From positions 108,040 to 172,039 of IMG/VR virus record IMGVR_UViG_3300028549_000507: 64,000 nt of DNA; one strand, 5' to 3'. Each line of letters opens with the position of its first letter. The first letter of the stretch is position 1. A program made the position numbers and the translations under genes. Positions 10,183 to 19,870 of this stretch are shown piece by piece. Origin of the DNA: a virus. The notes under the pieces are model-generated. The model was not told where the DNA came from. It searched no databases and was given only the letters and a program-made list of their open reading frames with translations.

Positions 10183-11313
10183 CTAGATTCTTCCTGTACG
10201 GAATGAGTCTAGTAGTTTCTTAGATGTAGGAATCTCTTCCCCAACCACAACTTCAACATTATTTTTACGAATGTTATAGTGGAATACATCTTTCTTAAGA
10301 GCATTTAGCGAGTCAACACCGTTGCCCACATCATCCGCAGAATCAAGTTCTTTGAGTTCATCAAATCTCTTACGATATGCAACAGTCTCTTTACGGAGAC
10401 TGTTAAACCCGTGAAATGCGACAACTCCAACTTCATCACTCGTATATCCGAATTTGTAATCAAGATGAACACCTGCAAGTACAGCTTCTTCATATAGTTC
10501 GCAATTCTCTTCAGGAATCTCCGCCATAACGTGTTTAACTTTATTAGATCCGGGCTCAACGAATGGACTCTTGTCAACATTACACTCTCTCAATCTATTG
10601 AATGAATGTAATCCTGGATAAGCTAATCCTACACGTTTATCATTCAAATCTAGAACTCCACCAGTCTTAGACTGATGAGAACCAGTAACGTAATCCATAA
10701 ATAATGTTATAGACGTTTTATTGGCGGTAGTACGACGATCATTAAAGGATGACCCTTCGCCAGTATTCTTAACCAGAGCATATCTCCCACCATTCAGGAA
10801 ACTAGTCTCAATTTCCCCAAGAGCAAGTAGATTATTTTTATGAATAGTTATACCTTCATCAAATGATGGAAGTAGCGCAAATCCAATAACTGATACATAT
10901 TTAATATCTGTCTGCTGTTCCATAAGATTAAACAATGTATTTGTAAGGGCTGGTCCAATACCTGAACCAGTGCCTCCACCAGTCGTAAAACATGTTGCAA
11001 CAACATCGATATCATCTTCAATAACGCGTTCTCTGATAAGATCGATTAATTTATCATAATCGAATTTATCAGCAAAGGTATCGAGAGCCAAATCGCGATT
11101 CTTACCGGCACCACCATCCATAGTTCCAACATGAAACTTACCATTGAGTAATGCTGTATTAAACATTCCGAGCTCATCAGCACAGATGTTTACATAGATC
11201 GGTTCACCGTATTTAGAGTTTTTACCACCCTTTTGAGATTTCAGCTTAGTACTAATTTCTTTAGCATAGTTACTTCCACCAAGACCGATTCCGATAGGCA
11301 ATACTTTAATCAT
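10183..11313 (-). CDS. phuZ: phage tubulin (PhuZ/TubZ family)
   Basis: IGIGLGGSN (T1 loop), GGAGKNR, signature GGGTGSG, LDLND (T7 loop). Start moved from 11412 to ATG 11313, which has an AAGGAG SD. Confidence 0.9.
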   Translation of the reverse strand: MIKVLPIGIGLGGSNYAKEISTKLKSQKGGKNSKYGEPIYVNICADELGMFNTALLNGKFHVGTMDGGAGKNRDLALDTFADKFDYDKLIDLIRERVIEDDIDVVATCFTTGGGTGSGIGPALTNTLFNLMEQQTDIKYVSVIGFALLPSFDEGITIHKNNLLALGEIETSFLNGGRYALVKNTGEGSSFNDRRTTANKTSITLFMDYVTGSHQSKTGGVLDLNDKRVGLAYPGLHSFNRLRECNVDKSPFVEPGSNKVKHVMAEIPEENCELYEEAVLAGVHLDYKFGYTSDEVGVVAFHGFNSLRKETVAYRKRFDELKELDSADDVGNGVDSLNALKKDVFHYNIRKNNVEVVVGEEIPTSKKLLDSFRTGRI

Positions 11314-11347
11314 GAAAATCTCCTTTGATTTCATTAAACATTCATTC

Positions 11348-11368
11348 GTAATATAATATATAATCACA
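11348..11368 (-). promoter_or_regulatory. early-type promoter motif
   Basis: Minus strand TGTGATTATATATTATATTAC upstream of tubulin; ends in TATATTAC. Confidence 0.55.
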
Positions 11369-11390
11369 TTACCATTTTGAATTAAAGATA

Positions 11391-11409
11391 GTGAGGGTAA
11401 TTCCCTCAC
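11391..11409 (-). terminator. probable terminator hairpin
   Basis: GTGAGGG/CCCTCAC stem immediately after the stop of 11414..11977; weak T-tract. Confidence 0.55.
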
Positions 11410-11413
11410 CACT

Positions 11414-11977
11414 TTACTTAATTATTGAAAACCCTACACTGGCACCATATTTAAAAGAAATCGATTCATAATCATTACTAATCATTCCAAGATTAACTCC
11501 TAGAATAGTTCGTCCGATTGTGAGATGCGGCGTTGTTGATAAATCAAATCCACCACCACGAATGTAGTTTCCTCCAAATAAGATACCAAACCCTATGAAA
11601 TTATCAAGTTTGAGTTTAGATACTGAATATGCTATTTCATCAAACCCTTCATTGATAGTTTCATCAAGCTTATCGTTTTGAGATTTAAGGGATAAGAGTT
11701 CATTTGAAGCCTTATCTAAATTATCCTTGATAAGGTAATTCGTCAAACGTATCTCTTTTATAGTCGCAATATTAGCAGAATCATTAAACTCCAATAATGT
11801 CCTTACCGAATCTACTTCAGTAATAATACCGCATAAGCGATATATCATTTCAACACTTTCTTTGTAAGTTTTGGGAAGATCTCGTTCATAGATGTCACCT
11901 TTATATTTAAATGTAACAACTTCTCCACCCATAACAAATGATACAGCAATAACTATTAATAACAATACTGTTTTCAA
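11414..11977 (-). CDS. exported protein: signal peptide, coiled coil, C-terminal amphipathic beta strands (possible outer-membrane/spanin-like)
   Basis: MKTVLLLIVIAVSFVMG signal; heptad region; four Gly/aromatic strands ending YGASVGFSIIK; TTG start. Confidence 0.6.
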   Translation of the reverse strand: MKTVLLLIVIAVSFVMGGEVVTFKYKGDIYERDLPKTYKESVEMIYRLCGIITEVDSVRTLLEFNDSANIATIKEIRLTNYLIKDNLDKASNELLSLKSQNDKLDETINEGFDEIAYSVSKLKLDNFIGFGILFGGNYIRGGGFDLSTTPHLTIGRTILGVNLGMISNDYESISFKYGASVGFSIIK

Positions 11978-11979
11978 AA

Positions 11980-12324
11980 TTATTCCTTTTTCTTAAATCC
12001 GCTATCTTTTATATTAGATTCAATAGAGGTATCTAGACTGATTATTTTATTACCAATAATATCTCTATCACTCATCAATGATTCGATCTTTTCTTCTATA
12101 TGTTGAGACTCTTTTTTAGAATCTTCAACATTATCCTCAATACGACCTACAGTCTTTTTAGATTGTTTAGTCGTATCTTTGATAGAATCTTCTAGATCAG
12201 AAATAGTCTTCTTAACTTTAGACTTACTTCCTTTTTTGATAAATGTATTCATTATAAATGTAAATACCACAACAATAAATGCTGCTATTGCTCCCATTGG
12301 ACCATATTCATTAAGAATTTCCAT
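11980..12324 (-). CDS. single-TM coiled-coil membrane protein (holin/i-spanin-like)
   Basis: 114 aa; TM helix GAIAAFIVVVFTFIM, basic patch, then coiled coil. Confidence 0.6.
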   Translation of the reverse strand: MEILNEYGPMGAIAAFIVVVFTFIMNTFIKKGSKSKVKKTISDLEDSIKDTTKQSKKTVGRIEDNVEDSKKESQHIEEKIESLMSDRDIIGNKIISLDTSIESNIKDSGFKKKE

Positions 12325-12327
12325 TAG

Positions 12328-12510
12328 TTACTCCATCGAGATAGAACGTTTATCGGGAGCACTATTCCACTGCTCTTCAGTAATTTGATTCAAGTCTGTA
12401 ATAGGTTTAGAAAAAGTCCCATTACCCAACCCTTCACGTACAACATTGAGTCCCGTAGAATTACCATTATCAGGTTTCGGTGTTCCAGGAAGTCCAAATT
12501 TGCTATTCAT
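12328..12510 (-). CDS. small hypothetical protein
   Basis: 60 aa; ATGA overlap with the upstream gene; its 3' end carries the SD of the next gene. Confidence 0.6.
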   Translation of the reverse strand: MNSKFGLPGTPKPDNGNSTGLNVVREGLGNGTFSKPITDLNQITEEQWNSAPDKRSISME

Positions 12511-13013
12511 TTTCTCGAATCCTTCTTTAAAAGATTTAAAAACTTACTCTCTACATTGTGTATAATATTAACAAAGAACAATACAACCTTTGTTGTCTTA
12601 CTATACAATTTTGATCTCGGTGGCAGTTTCTTATGAGATTTCACAACAAGCTCTAATTCATCCACCACCTTACGAAGATTACCGTATAAGCTATTACATA
12701 CGCCAGGACAATCGATGTCTACCCCAATCGCATTGCACGAATTTTGCGACTTAAACGCCTCTTCAAATTTATTAGCAATCTCTGAGATTTTGATGTTAAA
12801 TGCTCTTTCCTCATCTAAGATATTTTTAAGGTATATATTCTCATGAATCATACCTTTCAATCTTCGACCCATCCAGAATATTCTATCAATATCATCTTTA
12901 TCAGCTCTACCAATCCTACATAGTTCGGCAAGAGTTTGAACATTTTCAAACTCCTCCACGAACCAGTAGTCAGTATGCGGTTTGCGCACATTATTTTTGG
13001 ATTCTTCAGACAT
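12507..13013 (-). CDS. hypothetical protein
   Basis: ORF track start 13055; ATG at 13013 has an AGGGGG SD-like run. Confidence 0.65.
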   Translation of the reverse strand: MSEESKNNVRKPHTDYWFVEEFENVQTLAELCRIGRADKDDIDRIFWMGRRLKGMIHENIYLKNILDEERAFNIKISEIANKFEEAFKSQNSCNAIGVDIDCPGVCNSLYGNLRKVVDELELVVKSHKKLPPRSKLYSKTTKVVLFFVNIIHNVESKFLNLLKKDSRK

Positions 13014-13044
13014 AAAACCCCCTAACATTACACTCGGTAACAGT

Positions 13045-15420
13045 TTATGAGACATCTATCCCTATGAAATCAAACGCTTTAGACGTAATTTTTCTAGGAG
13101 TATTGAGATTTCTCAAGTTTATAGTTTTTAGGCTAGAAGTTCCTGTTTCGGATATAAATATTCCCAACTGATCTCGTATTTGTAAATCAACAACCCCGAC
13201 ACCTGTACAAGTGTATCCTTCAAATAAGTATAGTTTCTTTAATTTATTTGTTCTATTCATTTGTGGGATATCACTGATTTTAATAGTATAAACACAACCA
13301 CCTACAAGTTTTGAATCTAACAATACTACCAAGTGATTATATTTAATAGGATCAACCAGTGTCATATGTACGCCAACCCCACTAGAGAATCCACTCTGCA
13401 CACCACCAGCGGTCTTCCCTTTAACGGGAATGTCGGTTATCTTAATATACTGATACTCACCTTTTTCATTTGTGAAAAGGATGAACTTATCACTATCTTC
13501 TTCTCTTACAAATAAACAATTTTCAATTATAGTATTTGTATTCGATATTCTATTCGTTATAGTTTCCGATTCGAGTCGTTTAAGTTGACCATCATTCGTT
13601 ATACAAACAATAGTTCCACTAGAACCATATATAGGACATGCTATTTTTATATGATTATCAGCTTCTTGAGAAGGTATCCAGCAATTCACAGTCGTAGGGA
13701 GTATCGAATTAACACACCCATTCTCATAGAATATCGCTATCGAAGAAATATTTTCATCAATTCTATGTGATCCAACGATTTCTTTAACCCATTTGCCATC
13801 AATCTTAACACCCTTGAACCCGTTCAGAATCTTCTTACCCGATATAATGTTCGAAGAGTCGAATATTCCTATACTATTTCTAGTAGAAAGTATTGCTCCA
13901 TTAGAAATTACGATATCTTCTCTATCCATTAGTCTAGAAAGAACTTTTGTACGTCTAGGTCTACCGTATTTAGAAATTAATTCATCGAGATCGTTTATAA
14001 GAATATCGTCGATTCGGGTTAGATCTGTAGCGTTTGTAATGATACTAACTCTAATCTTTTCAATATTCTTTGCAAGGTCATCTTTAGATCTCTTTGTAAG
14101 TGATCCAAGTTGCATCTCATAAATACCTTTAGCTTGAATAAGCGTAAGATCAAACTTCTTTTTGAGATTTAAGACAGTTATATCTTTTGAATCGTTCGAA
14201 GTTCTAATAAGATCAATAACCTTATCCACATTATCGTATACTTTATAGAGACCGTCTAGGATGTGTACTCTATTTTCAAGACTATTTATGACATGAATAA
14301 TCTTTCTACGACGGTTATCATAGTTTACATCATACCAATCTTTGATAACATCTCGGATTGTACAACGTTTAATTTTACCATTAAAGTTAGTTGTAAGTAT
14401 AAAACTGTTTGATATTTGAAGATTTGTATTTTTATACAAGTTATCAAGTATCTCAACAAGATTAACCCCACTCTTACAGTTTACAGCGATATACGGGTTA
14501 CCATTATTGTTATCCTTACATTCGCCAGCATACAATATTCCACCAGCCATGATTGGATTTTTAGGATTTCCCTTATCATCTTTATCATTCTGTATAAACT
14601 TGATCTTCGAAATTATAGAATCGAAGTCATAAGGTATTGGTAAACTGCGGATAATAATTCTATTATTAACATTATCAATCTCAGCATCACCACGAAGCTT
14701 AATAGTTGTAGAAAACTCCGCATCATAGTAACATTTCCTGAGGTCGTCGCCGTTTGTGATTGTACATCCATTTACATAATCCGGGTAAATATTTCTTGAT
14801 AATTCGTACGATGTAACACTTTTGTTTCGTATATATCGTTTACAAATTTCAGCAATATCAATCAAATTATGTTGTGGAACATCCGAAGTAAATGACTCAG
14901 CAATACCAAAAGAACCATTGATAAGTAACAATGGAATCTTAGTAGGAACGTACATCGGCTCATACTCACCAAAGTCGGCTTCAGATTCGATCATCTCCAT
15001 AGCATGTTTATCCATAAGAGATACCATTACATCCCAACCGAAATCTGATACTTTGGTTTCAATGTATCTTGGAGCTGCTGCCGACATATCAGATATATTA
15101 CCAAATGATCCCTTAGGATGCAATAGTGCATGATTATTTACAACATTACGAGCAATATTCACAATAGAATCTGTAATAGATTTATCGCCATGAGGATGAT
15201 ATGCAGCAACCATACCTCCGAGTTTATTCAACTTAGTATTTGAATAAATCTTATTTTCCCAACAAACATACATGATACGGCGTACAACAGGTTTCAGCCC
15301 ATCAAAACTACTAGGAATCATTCGATCGAATGTAGCTATGCCATACTTGTAGATATCATCTTTAACACGGTCTACTACCTCTTCTTCATCAGGCATATTC
15401 TCAGGGTTCAAGATCATCAT
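13045..15420 (-). CDS. gyrA: type IIA topoisomerase subunit A (GyrA/ParC-like) with C-terminal beta-pinwheel region
   Basis: DGLKPVVRRI, YHPHGD, GSFGN, catalytic AAAPRY, PLLLINGSFGIA, PQHNL, YGRPRRT; C-terminal blade-like KGKTAGGV. Confidence 0.93.
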   Translation of the reverse strand: MMILNPENMPDEEEVVDRVKDDIYKYGIATFDRMIPSSFDGLKPVVRRIMYVCWENKIYSNTKLNKLGGMVAAYHPHGDKSITDSIVNIARNVVNNHALLHPKGSFGNISDMSAAAPRYIETKVSDFGWDVMVSLMDKHAMEMIESEADFGEYEPMYVPTKIPLLLINGSFGIAESFTSDVPQHNLIDIAEICKRYIRNKSVTSYELSRNIYPDYVNGCTITNGDDLRKCYYDAEFSTTIKLRGDAEIDNVNNRIIIRSLPIPYDFDSIISKIKFIQNDKDDKGNPKNPIMAGGILYAGECKDNNNGNPYIAVNCKSGVNLVEILDNLYKNTNLQISNSFILTTNFNGKIKRCTIRDVIKDWYDVNYDNRRRKIIHVINSLENRVHILDGLYKVYDNVDKVIDLIRTSNDSKDITVLNLKKKFDLTLIQAKGIYEMQLGSLTKRSKDDLAKNIEKIRVSIITNATDLTRIDDILINDLDELISKYGRPRRTKVLSRLMDREDIVISNGAILSTRNSIGIFDSSNIISGKKILNGFKGVKIDGKWVKEIVGSHRIDENISSIAIFYENGCVNSILPTTVNCWIPSQEADNHIKIACPIYGSSGTIVCITNDGQLKRLESETITNRISNTNTIIENCLFVREEDSDKFILFTNEKGEYQYIKITDIPVKGKTAGGVQSGFSSGVGVHMTLVDPIKYNHLVVLLDSKLVGGCVYTIKISDIPQMNRTNKLKKLYLFEGYTCTGVGVVDLQIRDQLGIFISETGTSSLKTINLRNLNTPRKITSKAFDFIGIDVS

Positions 15421-15445
15421 ATCCTCCGAAATTAAAATTTATACA

Positions 15446-15585
15446 AAAAATTAAAGTGATGTGTGGGGATTATCCCACACATCACCTTTTTCACTATACC
15501 TATCCTAGTATTTTTGGATAGGAGCTAAGATAGATATAATGCAATCTATCGTAGGAATGTTAAAGGAGCTTAAAATCATACCTAC
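15446..15585 (-). ncRNA. candidate structured small RNA or gyrA leader, about 140 nt
   Basis: Begins at the +1 of a late promoter (15585-15596), contains three consecutive hairpins and ends in a long terminator hairpin plus T-tract. Confidence 0.55.
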
Positions 15586-15596
15586 AATAAATTGTT
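15585..15596 (-). promoter_or_regulatory. late-type promoter AACA-N6-TG
   Basis: Minus strand AACA-ATTTAT-TG. Confidence 0.65.
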
Positions 15597-15612
15597 GAGT
15601 ATTTAATAAATT

Positions 15613-16182
15613 TTAATATCCAAACATTTCGAGAATCTGTTTATTTAGAATCTCTTCTTCCCGTTCTTTAGGAAGACCTATCAGATTGATCGCACATGTA
15701 TCGTATAATTCTTCAGACTTATGCACATAAACTCCGAGGATAATGAAATCTGTAAGATCACCGTCGAACATATCAGCATGATATGATCTGGTATAGTATC
15801 CGTTTGTACCATGTTCAGCAGGAGCTGCTACAACAGATTGCATAAGTTCTACAAATTTATGTATAGAACCTTTCCAACCTTTCTTGTAATTATCCTGACC
15901 AAATGCGGCAATAATAATTTCAACATCATCAGTAATGTCGATTTCTCCATCATTCATACGCTTGATAAGGGCATGAAGGGATGGTTCACAATACTTAAGA
16001 GAGTCCATAACTTGAAGACTCACAATAACAGTACCAGTTCCATCCTGCTTACCATGTTTAATCTTCTTGAGAGACTTACAATATTGTTTAAGTTTTCCAA
16101 TTCTTACATCTGTTTTATCAGATATAACGCCGAAAACATCATCAAAGAAGTCTACAACAAATTCTCTAGTTTCACTAACCAT
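15613..16182 (-). CDS. hypothetical protein (early gene)
   Basis: Start moved from 16233 to ATG 16182 (GGAGG SD); early-type motif at 16218-16234. Confidence 0.75.
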   Translation of the reverse strand: MVSETREFVVDFFDDVFGVISDKTDVRIGKLKQYCKSLKKIKHGKQDGTGTVIVSLQVMDSLKYCEPSLHALIKRMNDGEIDITDDVEIIIAAFGQDNYKKGWKGSIHKFVELMQSVVAAPAEHGTNGYYTRSYHADMFDGDLTDFIILGVYVHKSEELYDTCAINLIGLPKEREEEILNKQILEMFGY

Positions 16183-16247
16183 GTGTCCTCCACATTTAAA
16201 TTTATATAAGATCACTTTTATATATATAATCAAATACCAAGTTTGAA

Positions 16248-18296
16248 TTAATCCGGCTTTACACCGATATTTACAACATCAACGATTTCATCAGTATAAA
16301 TCGAGTACCCAAGTTGTTGCATAAGTGATACAAATGCGTCACTAGGAATACTACTATCGATGTCTTCGCTCTTGATATTTACATTATGATATACAAATGG
16401 ATCTTCCTCAATAAGCATTTTAGCAACACGATCACGATGTTTCATATTAGTTCCACATCCCGCAAGGAATCTGTTAACTATTTCCGGCGAACATCTATTC
16501 ATCGCAATATTAACTTCCATCTCTCCAAACTTAATAGGAGTAGTTTTAAGCGGAAGAACTTTATTCTTAGACACAGATTTATCAGGCAATCCGTACCCAT
16601 TAACACTACTAATTGATACTGAAGACGATTTACCTTCTGTAGTATGTTTTAGTACCATGATATATTCTTCACCGATAACTACAGCATTCTTAGAAGTATA
16701 CTTCTTGATACCATGAATAGTATCAATTGTAACCTCAACGCTAGATGGATGAACGTCAAATTCCATATAAATCTGCTTCATCTCTTCAAATGTAAGGTTC
16801 TTGAAAGAATGCTGTCTCACATATAATCCGCCAGATTCAATAGTTTGAATGAAGCGAGTTCTATGTTGAGGGGTTGGAAGATTCTTATAGTATTTAACAA
16901 GCTCACCATGACTATCGGCATCAACACGACTCATAAATCGACTAAGAAGTTCAAACTTTGAAGAAAGATTTGGAAGATCTTTCATCTTATCGACTATACG
17001 AGTAGATATGAAATTAAGTTCCTGTTCATACATTTGACCAGGATTACTTCGGCCAACAACGCCACAAGGATTGAAAATGATCTCAGCTCTAACACCATAA
17101 GCATCAAGAGGCATCATGTCGTCCGGTATAATCTTGGTAATAACTCCTTTACCACCAAATCTATTTGTGAGTTTGGAACCCTCAGACAAACACATTTCTT
17201 TTGAGATTGTAAATTTAACAAATGCAAATTCAAAAGGATTTTCGGTAGTTTTATTCATATATTTGATATTATCATCAGTACACGCGTCATAATGATTTTT
17301 ATAATAAGTATACTTCGTATTCGCATACGTTGTAACTTTATATGCTTTATCTCGAATATAAGGTTCGAGGTGTTTGATAATCTTAATCTTATAATCCATA
17401 GACAAATTGTAATACATTAACAATTGTTTTCTATGCTCATAATCTTTTAGCAATTCCGCATTATTATTTACAACAACATCGATATCAATGATTCTCCCTT
17501 TTGCATGGAAGATTTCATCATTAGTATTTGTGATATTATTCAACGAGTTAGAAGTTGTATCACAAACAACATTACTAGAATCGATAGTACGCTTTATACA
17601 GAATATACCATCAGATACTTCTGTAAAGATGTCGGGAAATCCTTTATAGAAGTCCGGAGTTCCGTATTTATTGAGGAGAATATCATTGAAATTCAAAACT
17701 AATTCAATAGTCTTGATTGATGTATAAGTAACTCGTTTAGCAAACGATTCTGATACAACGATACCATCTTCAATATTATCTTTTGTGGAAATATATGCAA
17801 CATTCCCATTAATACCGTATCTATAGTTAAGATTTTCATCATGACTATGAGTCTTAGATATAATTGAACCAGGCTCAATCATCGCCCCAACAGTCTTATA
17901 ATCAAGATCAACCATAGGTTTAGTATACCCATGTTCTTCTGCGAGATTCTCGTAATGTTTATTTTCAATAATATCAATAACACCGGTAATAGTATCTTGA
18001 ACGATCAGAGTATAATGGTGTCCAGGATTGGAAGGAAACTTATCAATTCGATGTAATATCTTATATTGAGCTTTGGCTATCCGTAATGAATCGTTAAAAC
18101 TACCGAATTCTTTTTCAAATCCAGTATATAGTCTAGGAACTTCGGAGTTATTTAGAATCAAACTCTGTTCGAAATACGTTCCAACAAGATGCAATCTACT
18201 ACCAGACGACTTATTATAAAGTGTCATATTATAAATTCCACCAACTTTTTCAGGATCTAACGAATCAGATGCCAAAAGTTCTTCTTTAAGCCCCAT
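16248..18296 (-). CDS. rpoB: RNA polymerase beta subunit C-terminal half, probably non-virion RNAP
   Basis: YGINGNVAY, NIEDGIVVSES, GSKLTNRFGGKGVI, MPLD, IFNPCGVVGRSNPGQ, YIMVLKH, KFGEME match conserved beta motifs. Confidence 0.92.
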   Translation of the reverse strand: MGLKEELLASDSLDPEKVGGIYNMTLYNKSSGSRLHLVGTYFEQSLILNNSEVPRLYTGFEKEFGSFNDSLRIAKAQYKILHRIDKFPSNPGHHYTLIVQDTITGVIDIIENKHYENLAEEHGYTKPMVDLDYKTVGAMIEPGSIISKTHSHDENLNYRYGINGNVAYISTKDNIEDGIVVSESFAKRVTYTSIKTIELVLNFNDILLNKYGTPDFYKGFPDIFTEVSDGIFCIKRTIDSSNVVCDTTSNSLNNITNTNDEIFHAKGRIIDIDVVVNNNAELLKDYEHRKQLLMYYNLSMDYKIKIIKHLEPYIRDKAYKVTTYANTKYTYYKNHYDACTDDNIKYMNKTTENPFEFAFVKFTISKEMCLSEGSKLTNRFGGKGVITKIIPDDMMPLDAYGVRAEIIFNPCGVVGRSNPGQMYEQELNFISTRIVDKMKDLPNLSSKFELLSRFMSRVDADSHGELVKYYKNLPTPQHRTRFIQTIESGGLYVRQHSFKNLTFEEMKQIYMEFDVHPSSVEVTIDTIHGIKKYTSKNAVVIGEEYIMVLKHTTEGKSSSVSISSVNGYGLPDKSVSKNKVLPLKTTPIKFGEMEVNIAMNRCSPEIVNRFLAGCGTNMKHRDRVAKMLIEEDPFVYHNVNIKSEDIDSSIPSDAFVSLMQQLGYSIYTDEIVDVVNIGVKPD

Positions 18297-18312
18297 TTAA
18301 CTCTCCCTTTTG

Positions 18313-18353
18313 AAATTATATATTACTCACGTACAATGAGTAATATATAATTT
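18313..18353. promoter_or_regulatory. 17-bp inverted repeat made of two facing early-type promoter motifs
   Basis: AAATTATATATTACTCA-cgtacaa-TGAGTAATATATAATTT; each arm contains TATATTAC. Confidence 0.65.
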
Positions 18354-18375
18354 AAATAACTTTTTAACCCTCACG

Positions 18376-19869
18376 TTATTTTACTGAGTCATAGTGAGAA
18401 CCTTCGCACTCACAGTAACCATTTTCACTATATTCAACAAGTTTCTTAATGATATCCACATTAGTAGGACTAACATACCCGTCACCAAGACCAGTATACA
18501 TATCACCAACAGCAGCCAATGCTTGTTCATTATAGTATGCATATTCACCCAAATCTTTAATACCATATCTAGGATATGGTGAAGTCATTGAAAGAATGAT
18601 AGACATTCTCCATTCAATAGGCATATTAGCAAATCGTTTCAAATCTAATTCACCAAATTGATTCATGATAATTACATCATTACCCATATGATATTTTGCA
18701 ACAAAACTAATAGCTCTCGAAAGAATTGGATTTTCCAAGCATTTATCGATAAGATTCTTTCTTGTGAATTTAATCTCTGGCAGTATAGTGATATACATAG
18801 ACATTGGGCTTCCCTCGATCCCAAATTTCTTAGCCAGAAGATATTCAAAGTCACTAAGTTCAGGACGATATCCAGTACGTTTGTCGAATACAAATCTAAA
18901 TTCATTTGCAGATACATTAGATTTATTCTTAATCAGATCAAGAGCGTTTACAGAACCGCGAATACTATCACCATAGATAGGATTTCTATCATCGATGGTT
19001 TCTTTCTTGGCGATTCTCCACATACCGAATGACTGATAAATCTGCTCATATCCACCCTTAAGTTTTTCACCTGCTTTAAGGTTTGGATGGTAACTCTTAG
19101 GTCTATCAAACATTCCCATCGGAACTTCTTTACTAAGGTGGTTGATAAGGATAAGGATGATATTATATTCATCCAATACACCTTTAACCTTTCTCAAGAA
19201 TGCAGTATTATCTTTAGCTTCACGCATACCATCCATATTCTCAGACATCTTATCAATAGCTTTGAATTCCTTCTTACCATCAACTTGCTCTTCTTGAGTC
19301 TGAGCAATTACGAGTGCCGGAATACTATCAACGATCACTACTGTTGGGGGATAAATTTCAATATGTTTACCAGATACATCTGCATATGGTGTAACTACTT
19401 TGAATTTATCTTTCTTAGCAGATTTGGAATGAGCAATTCGTCTAATCACATCATACACATCACCAATCGAGATTGGAGGCGAAGGTGGAATATATCGACA
19501 TTTCTGTCTAAATTCTGATTCACTCCAACGGTTAAGTGTCATAATACGGTCAGGAGTAGTATTTCCTTCTGCATCAACGAATACAAGCATAGCTCCCCAA
19601 CATCTGTCAACGATAGATCCGCCAAGTTGTACCATTGTTGTAGTTTTACCAGTACCGGATTCACCGATAGCACTATAGATTCTCGGGAAAAGTCCACCAT
19701 TAGGAAGGATTAGTCCTGTATCAATATTCTTATCTTTATAAGCAGTCGGATAGTCAAAGTATGTAAATCCACTCATATGACCAATAGCTTTACATTCTTC
19801 AGTACCAATATCGCCAAACATATTTGACTCTAAAATGTACTTAGGATCCTTAGGTCTTCCAATAAACAT
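18376..19869 (-). CDS. recA: RecA/UvsX-like recombinase with C-terminal extension
   Basis: Walker A GESGTGKT, FVDAE, Walker B VIVDSI, ILINH, LKGG, IKNKS. Confidence 0.85.
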   Translation of the reverse strand: MFIGRPKDPKYILESNMFGDIGTEECKAIGHMSGFTYFDYPTAYKDKNIDTGLILPNGGLFPRIYSAIGESGTGKTTTMVQLGGSIVDRCWGAMLVFVDAEGNTTPDRIMTLNRWSESEFRQKCRYIPPSPPISIGDVYDVIRRIAHSKSAKKDKFKVVTPYADVSGKHIEIYPPTVVIVDSIPALVIAQTQEEQVDGKKEFKAIDKMSENMDGMREAKDNTAFLRKVKGVLDEYNIILILINHLSKEVPMGMFDRPKSYHPNLKAGEKLKGGYEQIYQSFGMWRIAKKETIDDRNPIYGDSIRGSVNALDLIKNKSNVSANEFRFVFDKRTGYRPELSDFEYLLAKKFGIEGSPMSMYITILPEIKFTRKNLIDKCLENPILSRAISFVAKYHMGNDVIIMNQFGELDLKRFANMPIEWRMSIILSMTSPYPRYGIKDLGEYAYYNEQALAAVGDMYTGLGDGYVSPTNVDIIKKLVEYSENGYCECEGSHYDSVK

Positions 19870-19870
19870 A

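Noticed and set aside
11314..11412. N-terminal extension of tubulin given by the ORF track
   Set aside because: Overlaps a terminator hairpin and an early promoter motif; a strong SD precedes ATG 11313.
15446..15585. tRNA interpretation of the multi-hairpin element
   Set aside because: No acceptor stem, T-loop (GTTCRA) or CCA end.
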